Shown: positions 29,535-40,304 of the stretch, piece after piece
Numbering within the stretch: position 1 is the stretch's first letter
How the letters are laid out: each line of letters begins with the position of its first letter
Source: Hungatella sp. UBA3402
GTDB taxonomy: Bacteria > Bacillota > Clostridia > Lachnospirales > Lachnospiraceae
DNA length: 60,067 bases
NCBI GenBank assembly: GCA_002358555.1
Contig: DEPC01000115.1
Span: 1-60,067, forward strand
Direction of reading: 5' to 3'
Notes under the pieces: generated by a model
The model's input: only the letters and a program-made list of their open reading frames with translations
What the model was told of the DNA's origin: nothing
Databases searched by the model: none
Made by a program: the position numbers and the translations under genes

Positions 29535-31856
29535 ATGGAAGAATATTCCAACTGGATTTGGACAAAATCATGGGGAGCAGAGGAGGATAAGTCTCCAGGA
29601 ATGGTCCTTTTCCGAAAGAGCATTAATTTGAAGGCAGAGGCAGAACAAGCAGATATCAAAATTTCTGCAGACTCCCGATATAAATTATATATCAACAATC
29701 GGTTTGTGGAGGCTGGGCCCAGCAAGGGCGATGGACAGGTCTGGTTTTATGACCAGATATCTATAAAGCCTTATTTAAAAACAGGGGAAAATGTATTGGC
29801 AGTGATGGTACTGCGCTTTCCTATGAAACCTTCCGAGAGCAATCAGAGTATTTTAGGCACATTTATCCCTGGTTTGTTTTTAACAGGCAGTGTTAAGGAT
29901 AAAGAAGGAATTATATATGATATTTCAGCAGATGAGACATGGAAATGTTGTATCGACAGAAGAACACGATTTATCCGAGAGGCGCCAGGCTTTTCTCCTC
30001 TTCATTTTTATGAGGAGGTTATTGAGACAGAATCCATGAAAGGTTGGAAAGATATCGGATATCAGAACACCAAATGGGAACAGGCGGTTCCATATCCAAG
30101 AGCAGCGATTCGAGATGCCATCAGTCCTGGCAACCTAAATCACAGAACGATTCCTTATATGAAAAGAAAAATAGGGCGATTTGTAGAAGTTATGGCTGTC
30201 AGGCAGTCTCATACTGAAAAAGAAAAATGGAATCAGATGTTATCTGGAAATGGGACAGTTGAAATTGAAGCTAACACAGAAGAAATTGTGGAAATCCATG
30301 CTGGAGAGGAGATGACAGGATATCTAAAGATTATGCTAGAACAGGGAGCAGGAGCCAAGATTCGACTGCTCCAGGCGGAATCCTATGTTCAGAAACAGGG
30401 TACCCAATCGTTAAAGGCAGACAGAATGGATTCAGAAGGAGGGGTTCTAGAAGGATATGAGGATTGTTACAGACCAGCAGGCTATGGAACAGAAGCGAAT
30501 CCAGAAGAGTATGAGCCATTTTGGTTTAGGACGTTCCGTTTTATTCAGTTAAAGATTGTGACAAAGGATAAACCTTTAAAAATCCGAGACTTTTTCTTTG
30601 AGGAAACCGGATATCCATTGAAAGTAAATGCCTGGGCAAAGACTTCGGATGCTTCTCTGGAAAGTATCTGGAATATCAGCGAGCGTACTTTAAAACGGTG
30701 TATGCATGAAACCTATATGGACTGTCCATTTTATGAACAGCTTCAATATGTCATGGATTCCAGAGCTCAGATTTTGTTTACTTATGCGGTTTCTATGGAT
30801 GACCGTCTTGCACGAAAATGCATGGATGATTTTAAGAGGGCACAGAGATATGATGGTCTACTATGCAGTGCATATCCCAATACACGTCCTAATGTGATAC
30901 CAGGATTTTCTATCTTCTATATCTGGATGATGCATGACCATATGATGTATTTTGGAGACAAAGAATGGATTCGCTTTCATATGCCAGCAGTGGAAGAAGT
31001 GCTGAATTTCTTTGAAAGGAACAAAACAGAGCAAGGATATATAGGAAAAGTAGGAGGATTCTATCGGCAGCACAAGTTTTGGTCTTTTATTGACTGGGCC
31101 CCTCAGTGGAAAGTGGGAGTACCCAATGCAACAGAGGCTGGAGCACTTACTATGGAAAATTTGCTGTATCTTTTAGGGCTAAAGATGGGAAGTGAATTGG
31201 CAGAGTTTATCAGTCGGACAGAGCTGGCAGAAGAATATAAGAAAAAAGCTCAAAGTCTGAAGGATAGTATCAAAAAATATTGTATGAACTCAGAAGGGTG
31301 GCTGATGGATGGACCTGGTTATGAGGAGTACAGTCAGCATTGTCAGGTATTTGGAATTCTTTCAGGAGTTTTGGATAAAGATACAGGAAAGCGAAATCTT
31401 CTCAAGACTTTAAGAGATAAAGAACAATATGCACAATGTACAGTTTCCATGGCATTATACTTATTCAGAGCTCTTGAAATGGTAGAAGCATATGAAGAAA
31501 CAGAAAAATGTTGGGATATTTGGAGACAGATGGTTAAAAACCATATGACTACTGTTGCAGAATCAGATGTATCTCCTCGAAGTGATTGTCATGCATGGGG
31601 AGCGCTGGCTCTCTATGAACTTCCAGGCACTGTGTTGGGAATAAGACCTGCGGCTCCTGGATTTGAGAAGATTCAAGTCAGCCCATTTCCCGGTTATCTG
31701 ACATGGGCCAGGGGAGAAGGACTGGTTGCTGATGGAAAAATTTATGTAGAATGGAGCAGAGACAAGGAACAAGAACTTTATATAACTGTAAAAGCAAAGA
31801 AAGAAGTAATGAGGAAAATCATAAAACAAGGAGGAATCGAGTATGTTGAGGAATAA
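29535..31856 (+). CDS. Alpha-L-rhamnosidase-like glycoside hydrolase family 78
   Basis: ISADSRYKLYIN, FRTFRF, DCPFYEQLQY, FIDW, RSDCHAWG; no signal peptide. Confidence 0.88.
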   Translation: MEEYSNWIWTKSWGAEEDKSPGMVLFRKSINLKAEAEQADIKISADSRYKLYINNRFVEAGPSKGDGQVWFYDQISIKPYLKTGENVLAVMVLRFPMKPSESNQSILGTFIPGLFLTGSVKDKEGIIYDISADETWKCCIDRRTRFIREAPGFSPLHFYEEVIETESMKGWKDIGYQNTKWEQAVPYPRAAIRDAISPGNLNHRTIPYMKRKIGRFVEVMAVRQSHTEKEKWNQMLSGNGTVEIEANTEEIVEIHAGEEMTGYLKIMLEQGAGAKIRLLQAESYVQKQGTQSLKADRMDSEGGVLEGYEDCYRPAGYGTEANPEEYEPFWFRTFRFIQLKIVTKDKPLKIRDFFFEETGYPLKVNAWAKTSDASLESIWNISERTLKRCMHETYMDCPFYEQLQYVMDSRAQILFTYAVSMDDRLARKCMDDFKRAQRYDGLLCSAYPNTRPNVIPGFSIFYIWMMHDHMMYFGDKEWIRFHMPAVEEVLNFFERNKTEQGYIGKVGGFYRQHKFWSFIDWAPQWKVGVPNATEAGALTMENLLYLLGLKMGSELAEFISRTELAEEYKKKAQSLKDSIKKYCMNSEGWLMDGPGYEEYSQHCQVFGILSGVLDKDTGKRNLLKTLRDKEQYAQCTVSMALYLFRALEMVEAYEETEKCWDIWRQMVKNHMTTVAESDVSPRSDCHAWGALALYELPGTVLGIRPAAPGFEKIQVSPFPGYLTWARGEGLVADGKIYVEWSRDKEQELYITVKAKKEVMRKIIKQGGIEYVEE

Positions 31857-33711
31857 TTGGAGGAAAAGATGGAATCCTGTAGTCAGTGGTCTATTGGCAG
31901 GAACATTAGTTTTGAGTGGATGCAGTGGTAAAGCAGCATCAAGTGAAAATAGTACAGCACAGACAACGGCAGAAGACAGCGAAACTGTTCAAAGAGAAGA
32001 TGATACGACAGACTTAGAAAGTAATCATACCTCCCAAGATGAGAGTAGTACAACTCAGACTGATGCCAGTGTTGAAAAAGAAACCGAGTCCTCAGACAAG
32101 GGAAAGCCAGAGCAAGGAAACACACAAAGCCAGGAAATTATGAAGGAGACAATATTAGATACATCAGAGGGGAAGCTTCAATACTATTTTTATAGTGCAA
32201 AAGAGAACGGATATGACAGCAATCGTACAGATATTATGTCTCCAGCTTTTTACATATTTGCAGGAACAAAGACAGAAGAAGAAGCCAATGAATTGGTAAA
32301 TGAACTTGGCATGACAGAGACCATACAAAAATGGGCAGGCAGCATCTGTGTTGTCAATCCCTTAGAGGGCAGTTATGGAGTAAAGGACCAGACCGCATTT
32401 CTGGAGCTGGTAAACAGCTATGGACCTGCCAAAAATGTCAAGGCAGTGGGTATTGAAGAAGGTGCTACCTTTGTTAATAACTATATCTCCCAAGAATGCT
32501 ATTTCATATCAGGTATGATGATTTATGGCGGTGATATGGAGGAAAGTCTTGATTACATGGTTCCAGTTCCTGTATATCTAAGCAATGGTAGTCAGACAGC
32601 AATCGATTATTATACAAAGGCTAATCAAGGAGAGAAATTGGCTATAGTAGAAACTGGTACAGAAAAGAATCTGACAGAGGCATTTGGTAATGCCTGGGAA
32701 AACATTTTGGGAAAAACTTATAGGATTTATAACTGGACAACCGAGTTTTATTCCAGCAATATCATGGACCATACAACTCCCTATGAGTTAAATGAAATCG
32801 TAGATTTTGATGCTCTGGGAATTCAATACATTACCTGCAAAGATGAGAAAGTGACAGGTATGGATGGCGCTTATTCCTGGTTTGAGTATGTGCCAGAATC
32901 TGTATTGACAATGGATGAGAAAACAGTACCCCTGGTAGTGAGTTGTCATGGAAATCAGAATGACCCCCATATTCAGGGAGATACCACAGGATGGCCAGAA
33001 ATGGCGGCAAAAGAACAATTTATTGTAGTCTCACCAGAATGGCAGCCCAAAGACATCAATTTTACAAGCTGTGACGGTTTAGGGGAAGACGGAGTTGTAG
33101 CATTAGTTGGAGATTTGATGAAGAAATATCCTCAGATTGACCCATCACGGGTGTATATCTCAGGACTCTCTGCAGGTGGTGCATTTTCCTTTATGATGGG
33201 AATTAAACATAGTGATTTATTTGCAGCAGCAGCTCCAGTTTCTGGAGTAAATGCCTATGCAGGAGAGATTGAGGAAGCTCTGAAAACTTATACTGGACAT
33301 GGAACACCACTATTATATATGTGCGGAGACTATGACTTTTTCCAGATGATTCCTGTAGATGGAAGCAGTCCAAATGGAATGCCAGGAGTATGGAAGGATG
33401 ACCCCAATGTGAGAATTTTTTCCGCATTGCAGGCATATCAAAAGACTTTAGGATTGGAAGTTTCTGCAGAACCGGATATGAATGCTAACCCTTATTTTGG
33501 AATTGCACTTGATAATCAGCAGGATGTGACATTGGGAGAAAAACAGATGTATACAGGAACTCTGTCCAATGAAGATGGAGTGGTAATGGAACTGGGGGCT
33601 ATCAAGGACCTTCCTCATTGGAACTATAAGCCAGAAGCAGAATACATCTGGAACTTCTTTTCCAACTATGCCAGAGATATGGAAACTGGGGAGATGGTGT
33701 TTTTGAAATGA
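31843..33711 (+). CDS. Lipoprotein esterase (PHB-depolymerase/LpqC-like alpha/beta hydrolase)
   Basis: Lipobox LSGC, S/T/E linker, PLVVSCHG, IDPSRVYISGLSAGG, LPHWN. Confidence 0.85.
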   Translation: MLRNNWRKRWNPVVSGLLAGTLVLSGCSGKAASSENSTAQTTAEDSETVQREDDTTDLESNHTSQDESSTTQTDASVEKETESSDKGKPEQGNTQSQEIMKETILDTSEGKLQYYFYSAKENGYDSNRTDIMSPAFYIFAGTKTEEEANELVNELGMTETIQKWAGSICVVNPLEGSYGVKDQTAFLELVNSYGPAKNVKAVGIEEGATFVNNYISQECYFISGMMIYGGDMEESLDYMVPVPVYLSNGSQTAIDYYTKANQGEKLAIVETGTEKNLTEAFGNAWENILGKTYRIYNWTTEFYSSNIMDHTTPYELNEIVDFDALGIQYITCKDEKVTGMDGAYSWFEYVPESVLTMDEKTVPLVVSCHGNQNDPHIQGDTTGWPEMAAKEQFIVVSPEWQPKDINFTSCDGLGEDGVVALVGDLMKKYPQIDPSRVYISGLSAGGAFSFMMGIKHSDLFAAAAPVSGVNAYAGEIEEALKTYTGHGTPLLYMCGDYDFFQMIPVDGSSPNGMPGVWKDDPNVRIFSALQAYQKTLGLEVSAEPDMNANPYFGIALDNQQDVTLGEKQMYTGTLSNEDGVVMELGAIKDLPHWNYKPEAEYIWNFFSNYARDMETGEMVFLK

Positions 33712-33719
33712 TGGGCAGG

Positions 33720-34634
33720 TTATAATTTATCCCAATCTTCTCTTGTACATGGCTCTTTGCTGTAACGTGCTTTTTCATAGAGTTCATGCAGAGTATTTTG
33801 TTCCAAACCAGCGAGCTGTTCTAGTTCGCTGGGGGAGGCAGAACATGGAAGTGAAAGCTTTCTTTTTTTGGTATGAGACAATATCTCTCTGCGGTATTGT
33901 CTCCGAATTTTTTCATCATAGGACCGAAAAGTATGAAAAATGGATTGTTTAGGTTCTGCTTTTTCTTTAGAAAAAATGGACAAAGCGGGAGTTAAGTAGA
34001 TTTTTTCGTCATCATCAAATTGCCTTGGCTTTATAATCCAAGTCCAGAGTTTGCTGAAAAATTTTTGTATCATAAAAAGAATTATCATAACAATCAGGAT
34101 ACTACCAAAAATTCTAAAGATTCTGTCCAACAGTTTAATCCAGGCGGGAGTAGGTTTTACTTCACCAAAAAGAGCTTCCATATCAGGGGCATCAACAGGT
34201 TCCATTTCCATATATAGGGCTGGATAAATAGCATCCTCCAGACGAGCATGTTCTGCAAACCATTGGCCAAGTAATTTCCAAAGAGGTTCTAAGCCAAAGG
34301 CAACAAGAGGCAAAAGGATAAGACATAATCCTAAGAATATAGACATACAAAAAGAATTGACATGCCAGATTTGTTTTTTGGGCAGGTGGTCCACATCTTC
34401 AAAATGTTTTAGAAACCGGCGGTTGGCATAAAGGTTTAAATGAATCAAAAATAGGATAGCTCCAAACAGAAATCCGAGGAATCCTGTCTGTTTTATCATA
34501 ACAGACAGAGCAAAAGAATTAGAGTCAATCATAACACCAATAAAATACATTCCAGCAAACATAAATTCTAAAAATATGTAAAATCCAGAGCGTCTCTTTC
34601 CAATCCAGTAATTAAATAGCTTTTGAATGGTCAT
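33720..34634 (-). CDS. Membrane protein with DUF4129-like C-terminus
   Basis: GGAGG RBS before the ATG at 34634; about 4 TMs; LYEKARYS. Confidence 0.75.
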   Translation of the reverse strand: MTIQKLFNYWIGKRRSGFYIFLEFMFAGMYFIGVMIDSNSFALSVMIKQTGFLGFLFGAILFLIHLNLYANRRFLKHFEDVDHLPKKQIWHVNSFCMSIFLGLCLILLPLVAFGLEPLWKLLGQWFAEHARLEDAIYPALYMEMEPVDAPDMEALFGEVKPTPAWIKLLDRIFRIFGSILIVMIILFMIQKFFSKLWTWIIKPRQFDDDEKIYLTPALSIFSKEKAEPKQSIFHTFRSYDEKIRRQYRREILSHTKKRKLSLPCSASPSELEQLAGLEQNTLHELYEKARYSKEPCTREDWDKL

Positions 34635-35781
34635 AGGGAACCTCCCAGGGAAAAATTTGAATGTCCTTTGTCTGTTTAAGTTGGATGTTCTCTCCAGGTC
34701 TGAAAGGGAGAATCCACTGAGAACCAGGACTTTGAGCACAGAGTTTTCTATAGGCTTCAAGTAAAGAAGAACGCTGTTGAGGAGAAACAAGAATATACAG
34801 CCAAGCATAATTATGATAAGAGCTATTATGCAAGGAGAGAGAGGATTGAAAAATCTCTTCCAAAATTTGCTCCATAGCAGGCTGAGAAGGAGATTCTATA
34901 TCAATCCGCGTCAGCATCTCCATAATTGTTCTGCCATGTGCCATACCAGCTCCAGCTTCCAGATATCCCCATGTTTTGCTTAAACAGTCTATGCCATTGG
35001 TACAAAGAGATACAGAAATTCCCTCTTTCATCAGCATCTGACTGTAAGAACCACATAGACGGATTGCTTCTTCTGTCAAAGCCTCGTCTTTCCAGATTCG
35101 GTCAGAAGTTACATCTAACAAAAACATTACCTGCCAGGAAGAAGTTGGGGCATAGACATTAACCTTTAAATTTCCAGTTCGTGCACTAGCTTTCCAGTTG
35201 ATACTGCGATAAGGGTCATAAGACTCATAGGAACGTACAGATTGAATTTCAAATGGGTCTGGAAGCAATGCCTGTTGTGCGAGAACCTGTCCCATAAGAC
35301 TGCGAAGAGGAACCTGTAATCTTGGAAAACTGACAGAACACGGATAGACATATAAACTTGTATCTGCTGGCCGAGAGGTGACAAAATGACCGGAGAAAAA
35401 CAGGTCATAGCTGACCATCTGCAGTTCAGAGATAGAATAGTAGCCTCTCTTTGTACAAACAAACTCTAAATTTCGACGAATTTCCTGCCATGGCATACAG
35501 GAAAAAATATCGCTTCGGTAATTGTTATCTGTAATTTTAAAATTATTGGAAGATGTAAATACCAAATATTTACCCATCTGAAATTTTACATGGAGCACAA
35601 TCAAAGGGAGGAACTTAGCATTGGAAATAGTCTCCTTTAAAATGGCATGTTCTCCTTCCACAGCATGTTGACGGTCAAACTCCAAAGTAGCAGTAAGTCC
35701 CCAAGTCCAAAGGGAATGATAGAAAACGCCTTGGAGAATCCAAAGGAGAAAAGCAAAAACAGCAATGACAAACAGTTTCAT
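34612..35781 (-). CDS. DUF58-family protein
   Basis: VRSYESYDPYRSINWKASAR, KRGYY; follows MoxR. Confidence 0.9.
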   Translation of the reverse strand: MKLFVIAVFAFLLWILQGVFYHSLWTWGLTATLEFDRQHAVEGEHAILKETISNAKFLPLIVLHVKFQMGKYLVFTSSNNFKITDNNYRSDIFSCMPWQEIRRNLEFVCTKRGYYSISELQMVSYDLFFSGHFVTSRPADTSLYVYPCSVSFPRLQVPLRSLMGQVLAQQALLPDPFEIQSVRSYESYDPYRSINWKASARTGNLKVNVYAPTSSWQVMFLLDVTSDRIWKDEALTEEAIRLCGSYSQMLMKEGISVSLCTNGIDCLSKTWGYLEAGAGMAHGRTIMEMLTRIDIESPSQPAMEQILEEIFQSSLSLHNSSYHNYAWLYILVSPQQRSSLLEAYRKLCAQSPGSQWILPFRPGENIQLKQTKDIQIFPWEVPYDHSKAI

Positions 35782-36809
35782 ACATATTGTCTCCAATCTT
35801 CTGTAGGGAGAGGGACTCTGGTCAGCAGATGTTCTATGATTTCTTGATTAGAATTGTGGCTGCCAAAGGTGCTGGCTGTCGTTAGACGGTGAGCCAGAAC
35901 AGGAATAGTCAAAGTTTTTAAATCCTCTGGAACTACATAGTTCCTCCTTTGTACTAGCGCATAGGCACGAACTGCCCGATAAAAACTTATCGTGCTCCGA
36001 GGACTGGCACCGCTTAAAATCTGGCTATCGTTTCTGGTAGCCTGAACGAGGTCTATCAGATAATCTTTCAGAACAGGATGTACATAAATCTGAGAAGCAG
36101 CCTGTTTTAAGAGGATTAAATCATTCCTATTGCAGACAGATGTTAGATTTTGCAGCGGATTATCGGTTCCAAATCTTTCTAAAATGGCTAATTCCTCAGA
36201 TTTATTGGGATATCCCATAGAAATCTGCATAAGAAAACGGTCAAGTTGTGCCTCTGGCAAGGGATAAGTTCCAGCAGTCTCCACAGGATTTTGGGTGGCA
36301 ATGACAAAAAATGGTTGATTTAACAGATAGGTTTTTCCGTCAATTGTAACCTGACGCTCTTCCATAGCTTCCAGAAGACTGGATTGGGTTCTGGGGGTAG
36401 CGCGGTTAATCTCGTCAGCCAGAAGAATCTGAGTAAATACTGGACCTTTCTGAAAGACAAATTCACTTTCCTTTTGATTAAAGTAGTTTAAACCTGTGAC
36501 ATCAGAAGGAAGAAGGTCAGGGGTGAACTGAATTCTGGAAAACTCTAAATCTAAGCTTTTTGATAATGCCTTGGCAAGCATGGTTTTTCCTGTACCTGGG
36601 ACATCTTCTAAAAGTACATGCCCATCCGCTAAGAGGGCAGTCAGCAGAAGGTCAATCGTATTTTCCCTTCCTACAATGACATGAGAAATATTGGCTTTGA
36701 TTCGGTCAATCTGTTCATAGATAGATTCCTGGGATAAAAGGATATCTTGAGATGTAGTCTTGGAACGAACAGATGGTTCGTTTTCTGTGTTTGGAATATT
36801 AGGATTCAT
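35778..36809 (-). CDS. MoxR-family AAA+ ATPase
   Basis: GHVLLEDVPGTGKT, RIQFTPDLLPSD, DEINRA, ATQNP, LPEAQLDRF. Confidence 0.96.
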   Translation of the reverse strand: MNPNIPNTENEPSVRSKTTSQDILLSQESIYEQIDRIKANISHVIVGRENTIDLLLTALLADGHVLLEDVPGTGKTMLAKALSKSLDLEFSRIQFTPDLLPSDVTGLNYFNQKESEFVFQKGPVFTQILLADEINRATPRTQSSLLEAMEERQVTIDGKTYLLNQPFFVIATQNPVETAGTYPLPEAQLDRFLMQISMGYPNKSEELAILERFGTDNPLQNLTSVCNRNDLILLKQAASQIYVHPVLKDYLIDLVQATRNDSQILSGASPRSTISFYRAVRAYALVQRRNYVVPEDLKTLTIPVLAHRLTTASTFGSHNSNQEIIEHLLTRVPLPTEDWRQYV

Positions 36810-36981
36810 GGTAAATAATTCCTTTCTGGTAGCTATCCTTGGTTTTGAAGGGGAAGGATAAAGTTGTTCTCAATACCAACAGTATAGCACAAATCTCTGC
36901 TTTTAGTAATCTTAACTCATTGTGCCAGTTAAAATTTGTAGCAAGAAGTAACTTCAACTATTACAATTCAAATAGATATAA

Positions 36982-37061
36982 AAAAGACTGCTGCACAAAA
37001 CCCTCAAGACATATCATAAAACCTTGTCATGATAGCTATGGATTTCGTGTAGCAGTCTTTT
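36982..37061. repeat. Long inverted repeat (terminator or MITE-like)
   Basis: AAAAGACTGCTGCAC...GTGTAGCAGTCTTTT with inner TATCAT/ATGATA. Confidence 0.6.
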
Positions 37062-37125
37062 AAACTTTCTCTATAGCAAAAATAAAATTTTTTCTACCTG
37101 AAAGTTTCTCTCAATACAACTTTTC

Positions 37126-37440
37126 CTATCGCATCTGGAAAGTAGCACATTCTGTATGGCTGGCATCAGAAGCGCCATCTCCGGCAATACCGATATGCTC
37201 TGCCTCACAATGTCTGTCCCTGTTATATACACAGTTTACTGCTTCGCAGTCAACCTCTAAACGGCTTTCTGGTGTCTTAAACAGGTTATGGAATGCTCCG
37301 TCCTTGTTCTCATCAAAGCTTCCGCAGCAGGTATCGCAGCAATCTTTTGCCTTGCTTCCGTCTACGATAATCGCCTGCTTGCAGCAATGATTATCTGAGT
37401 TGTGAAGACAGTTCTTTACATTACAATCCAGTTTGGTCAT
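37126..37440 (-). CDS. Cys-rich DUF1540-like protein
   Basis: Two CxxxxCxxNxxxxCxxxxI...C repeats; GGAGG RBS before ATG 37440. Confidence 0.85.
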   Translation of the reverse strand: MTKLDCNVKNCLHNSDNHCCKQAIIVDGSKAKDCCDTCCGSFDENKDGAFHNLFKTPESRLEVDCEAVNCVYNRDRHCEAEHIGIAGDGASDASHTECATFQMR

Positions 37441-37566
37441 GATAGTTTCCTCCAAAACATGATTTTTTGCCTCCAATCCAACAATGATTGGTCTGTGAAC
37501 TTTCACAGATAGGCTTACAATCATATCATGCCCCAAATACCAGAAAATTATTTGATAAAAATTTTC

Positions 37567-38952
37567 TTAATTTTCGCTCAAATATTCATGAATTCCTTTT
37601 GCCCCTGCACGGCCTGCTTCCATAGCAAGAATGACTGTGGCAGCACCAGTCACCGCATCTCCTCCTGCAAAGACCCCATCCCTGCTTGTCTTACCAGTGG
37701 ACTCCTCTGCAACAATACATTTCCTATGGTTTACTTCCAATCCTTCTGTCGTGCTGGAAATCAAGGGGTTAGGGGAAGTTCCCAGAGACATAATCACAGT
37801 ATCTACTTCAATCGTAAATTCGGAACCTTCCACTGGCACTGGTCTTCTTCTTCCAGAAGCATCGGGTTCTCCAAGCTCCATGCGGATGCATCGCATCCCT
37901 TTTACCCAGCCATTTTCATCAGTCAGAATTTCCACTGGATTGGTGAGAAGATTAAAAATAATTCCCTCTTCTTTGGCATGATGTACTTCTTCTACTCTAG
38001 CTGGAAGTTCTGCTTCACTTCTTCGGTATACGATATGTACTTCTGCTCCTAAGCGCAGGGCAGTTCTGGCAGCGTCCATAGCCACATTACCACCACCTAC
38101 AACAGCTACCTTCTTTCCTGCTGCAATAGGGGTATCATAATCATCACGGAAAGCCTTCATCAAATTGCTTCTGGTCAGATATTCATTGGCAGAAAATACT
38201 CCATTGGCATTCTCCCCAGGAATCCCCATAAACATAGGAAGACCAGCGCCAGAACCGATAAACACGGCGTCAAATCCCTCTTCTTCCAAGAGCTGGTCAA
38301 TGGTTACAGACTTTCCTACGATTACATTTGTCTCAATGGTTACTCCCAGCTTCTTTACATTCTCAATCTCTGGTTTCACCACATCTTCCTTGGGAAGACG
38401 GAATTCAGGAATACCATAAATCAGGACCCCTCCTGGCTCGTGGAGTGCCTCGAAAATCGTCACTTCATATCCAAGCTTTGCCAAATCTCCGGCACAGGTC
38501 AGACCTGAAGGGCCAGAGCCAATAACAGCAACCCTTTTTCCATTGGTAGTCTCTGGTGCTTCTGGCACAAAACCATGTTCTCTGGACCAGTCAGCTACAA
38601 AACGTTCCAGTTTTCCGATAGAAATAGGTTCTCCCTTGATGCCACGGATACATTTTCCTTCGCATTGGCTTTCTTGCGGACATACTCGGCCGCAAACTGC
38701 TGGAAGGGCAGAGGATTTTGCTATCACTTTCGCAGCTTCCTCAAAATTGCCTTCTTCCACTTCTTTGATAAATCCTGGAATATCAATAGATACTGGACAG
38801 CCACTCATACATTTGGCGTTTTTACACTTTAAACATCTGGAAGCCTCTTCTACAGCTTCATCTTTATTATAACCCAGGCAGACTTCCTCAAAATTGGTTG
38901 CTCTTACCTTTGGGTCTTGTTCACGGACTGGAACTTTCTTTAACACATCCAT
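37567..38952 (-). CDS. nfnB: NfnB / SudA large subunit (GltD-like) of electron-bifurcating transhydrogenase
   Basis: EASRCLKC, CGRVCPQESQCE, GSGPSG, GGGNVAMD, GGDAVTG. Confidence 0.88.
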   Translation of the reverse strand: MDVLKKVPVREQDPKVRATNFEEVCLGYNKDEAVEEASRCLKCKNAKCMSGCPVSIDIPGFIKEVEEGNFEEAAKVIAKSSALPAVCGRVCPQESQCEGKCIRGIKGEPISIGKLERFVADWSREHGFVPEAPETTNGKRVAVIGSGPSGLTCAGDLAKLGYEVTIFEALHEPGGVLIYGIPEFRLPKEDVVKPEIENVKKLGVTIETNVIVGKSVTIDQLLEEEGFDAVFIGSGAGLPMFMGIPGENANGVFSANEYLTRSNLMKAFRDDYDTPIAAGKKVAVVGGGNVAMDAARTALRLGAEVHIVYRRSEAELPARVEEVHHAKEEGIIFNLLTNPVEILTDENGWVKGMRCIRMELGEPDASGRRRPVPVEGSEFTIEVDTVIMSLGTSPNPLISSTTEGLEVNHRKCIVAEESTGKTSRDGVFAGGDAVTGAATVILAMEAGRAGAKGIHEYLSEN

Positions 38953-39842
38953 TATTCGTCACCTCCGCAATGTCCGCATCCGCCATGATGGGTATTTCCT
39001 TCCTTTAATTTCAGCATAGCTCTGCCTTCTTGGGTCTTATACATCTGTTGTCGTTTCATTGCCTCGTCAAAATTGACCAGATGGCCGTCAAACTCAGGGC
39101 CATCCACACATGCAAACTTTACTTCATCTCCCACCGTAAGACGGCAGGCACCACACATACCTGTTCCATCCACCATGATAGGATTCATGCTGACAATCGT
39201 GGGGATGCCAAGTTCCTTTGTCAAAAGACTTACAAATTTCATCATAATCATGGGGCCAATGGCTACACAGACATCATAATGATTGCCCTGGTTTTGTACT
39301 AAGTCTTTTACCACCTCAGTCACCATACCTTTTCGCATATAGGAACCATCATCTGTGGTAATATACAGATTCCCTGCCACAGCTTTCATCTGCTCCTCTA
39401 GAATCAGTAAATCCTTTGTCTTGGCTCCTATAATAACATCTGCATCAATTCCATGATTCTTCAGCCATTTTACCTGGGGATACACTGGCGCAGCTCCCAC
39501 GCCTCCTGCCACAAAGAGCATCTTTTTTTCTTTTAAAGTTTCAAGATTCTCATGAACAAACTCGGATGGTCTTCCCAAAGGACCTACAAAATCCTGGAAT
39601 TCATCTCCAACTTTTAAACAAGCCATCTTTTCAGTACTTGCTCCCACAATTTGGAATACAATGGTCACAACCCCTGCCTCTCGGTCATAATCACAGATAG
39701 TCAGAGGAATCCTCTCGCCTGCCTCATCTGTCTTTACAATCACAAATTCTCCTGGTTTGCAGGCTCTGGCCACTCTAGGAGCTTTTACATCCATCAAGTA
39801 AATCTTATCTGCCAGCAGCTCTGCCTTAACAATTTTGTACAT
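38952..39842 (-). CDS. nfnA: NfnA / SudB small subunit (PyrK-like, FAD and 2Fe-2S)
   Basis: GERIPLTI, GPLG, GGVG, MVDGTGMCGACR...ACVDGPEFDG with the Asp ligand typical of NfnA. Confidence 0.88.
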   Translation of the reverse strand: MYKIVKAELLADKIYLMDVKAPRVARACKPGEFVIVKTDEAGERIPLTICDYDREAGVVTIVFQIVGASTEKMACLKVGDEFQDFVGPLGRPSEFVHENLETLKEKKMLFVAGGVGAAPVYPQVKWLKNHGIDADVIIGAKTKDLLILEEQMKAVAGNLYITTDDGSYMRKGMVTEVVKDLVQNQGNHYDVCVAIGPMIMMKFVSLLTKELGIPTIVSMNPIMVDGTGMCGACRLTVGDEVKFACVDGPEFDGHLVNFDEAMKRQQMYKTQEGRAMLKLKEGNTHHGGCGHCGGDE

Positions 39843-40304
39843 CTAATTCCTCCTCTAATCCTTTTTCAAAACAATAACCAAGCCCCTTTCTTGCCAACCG
39901 GAAATCCTGGTTAGAAACCCTTCTTAAATTTATAGCTTTCTTAACAACCCTGGACTAATTATGATATATTCATATAGAATTGTCAATGTCTGTTTCATAC
40001 CAGAAAGCTTATTTTATAGGGTATATCATAATGGTTATAAGGATATGAACTATGAAAATATAAAAATCCATTGGCATGAGAACTTAAAAAGAGTTATACT
40101 TAACTAAAAGTTATTTCAGATATAGTTTAATCAAAATAAAGGCAGCTCCTCTGCCACTTTGTTATGTAACAGACTAATGACAAGAAAAAAGTCTTAAACT
40201 GATAATTTATTATTTAGGAAGAAAAACTTTAGGGGAGTGTAAAAAATTGAGAGATTTGTATTTTTTAGATGAGAATAAAGTTAGCGAATTAAGCAGAAGG
40301 GAAT

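Noticed and set aside
37126..37440. Cys-rich small protein as the missing RiPP precursor
   Set aside because: Cys spacing fits DUF1540 rather than (Cxxx)n, and it is 9 kb away in core context
37567..38952. Glutamate synthase (gltD/gltA)
   Set aside because: No large subunit nearby; coupling to a PyrK-like gene with DGTGMCGAC indicates NfnAB
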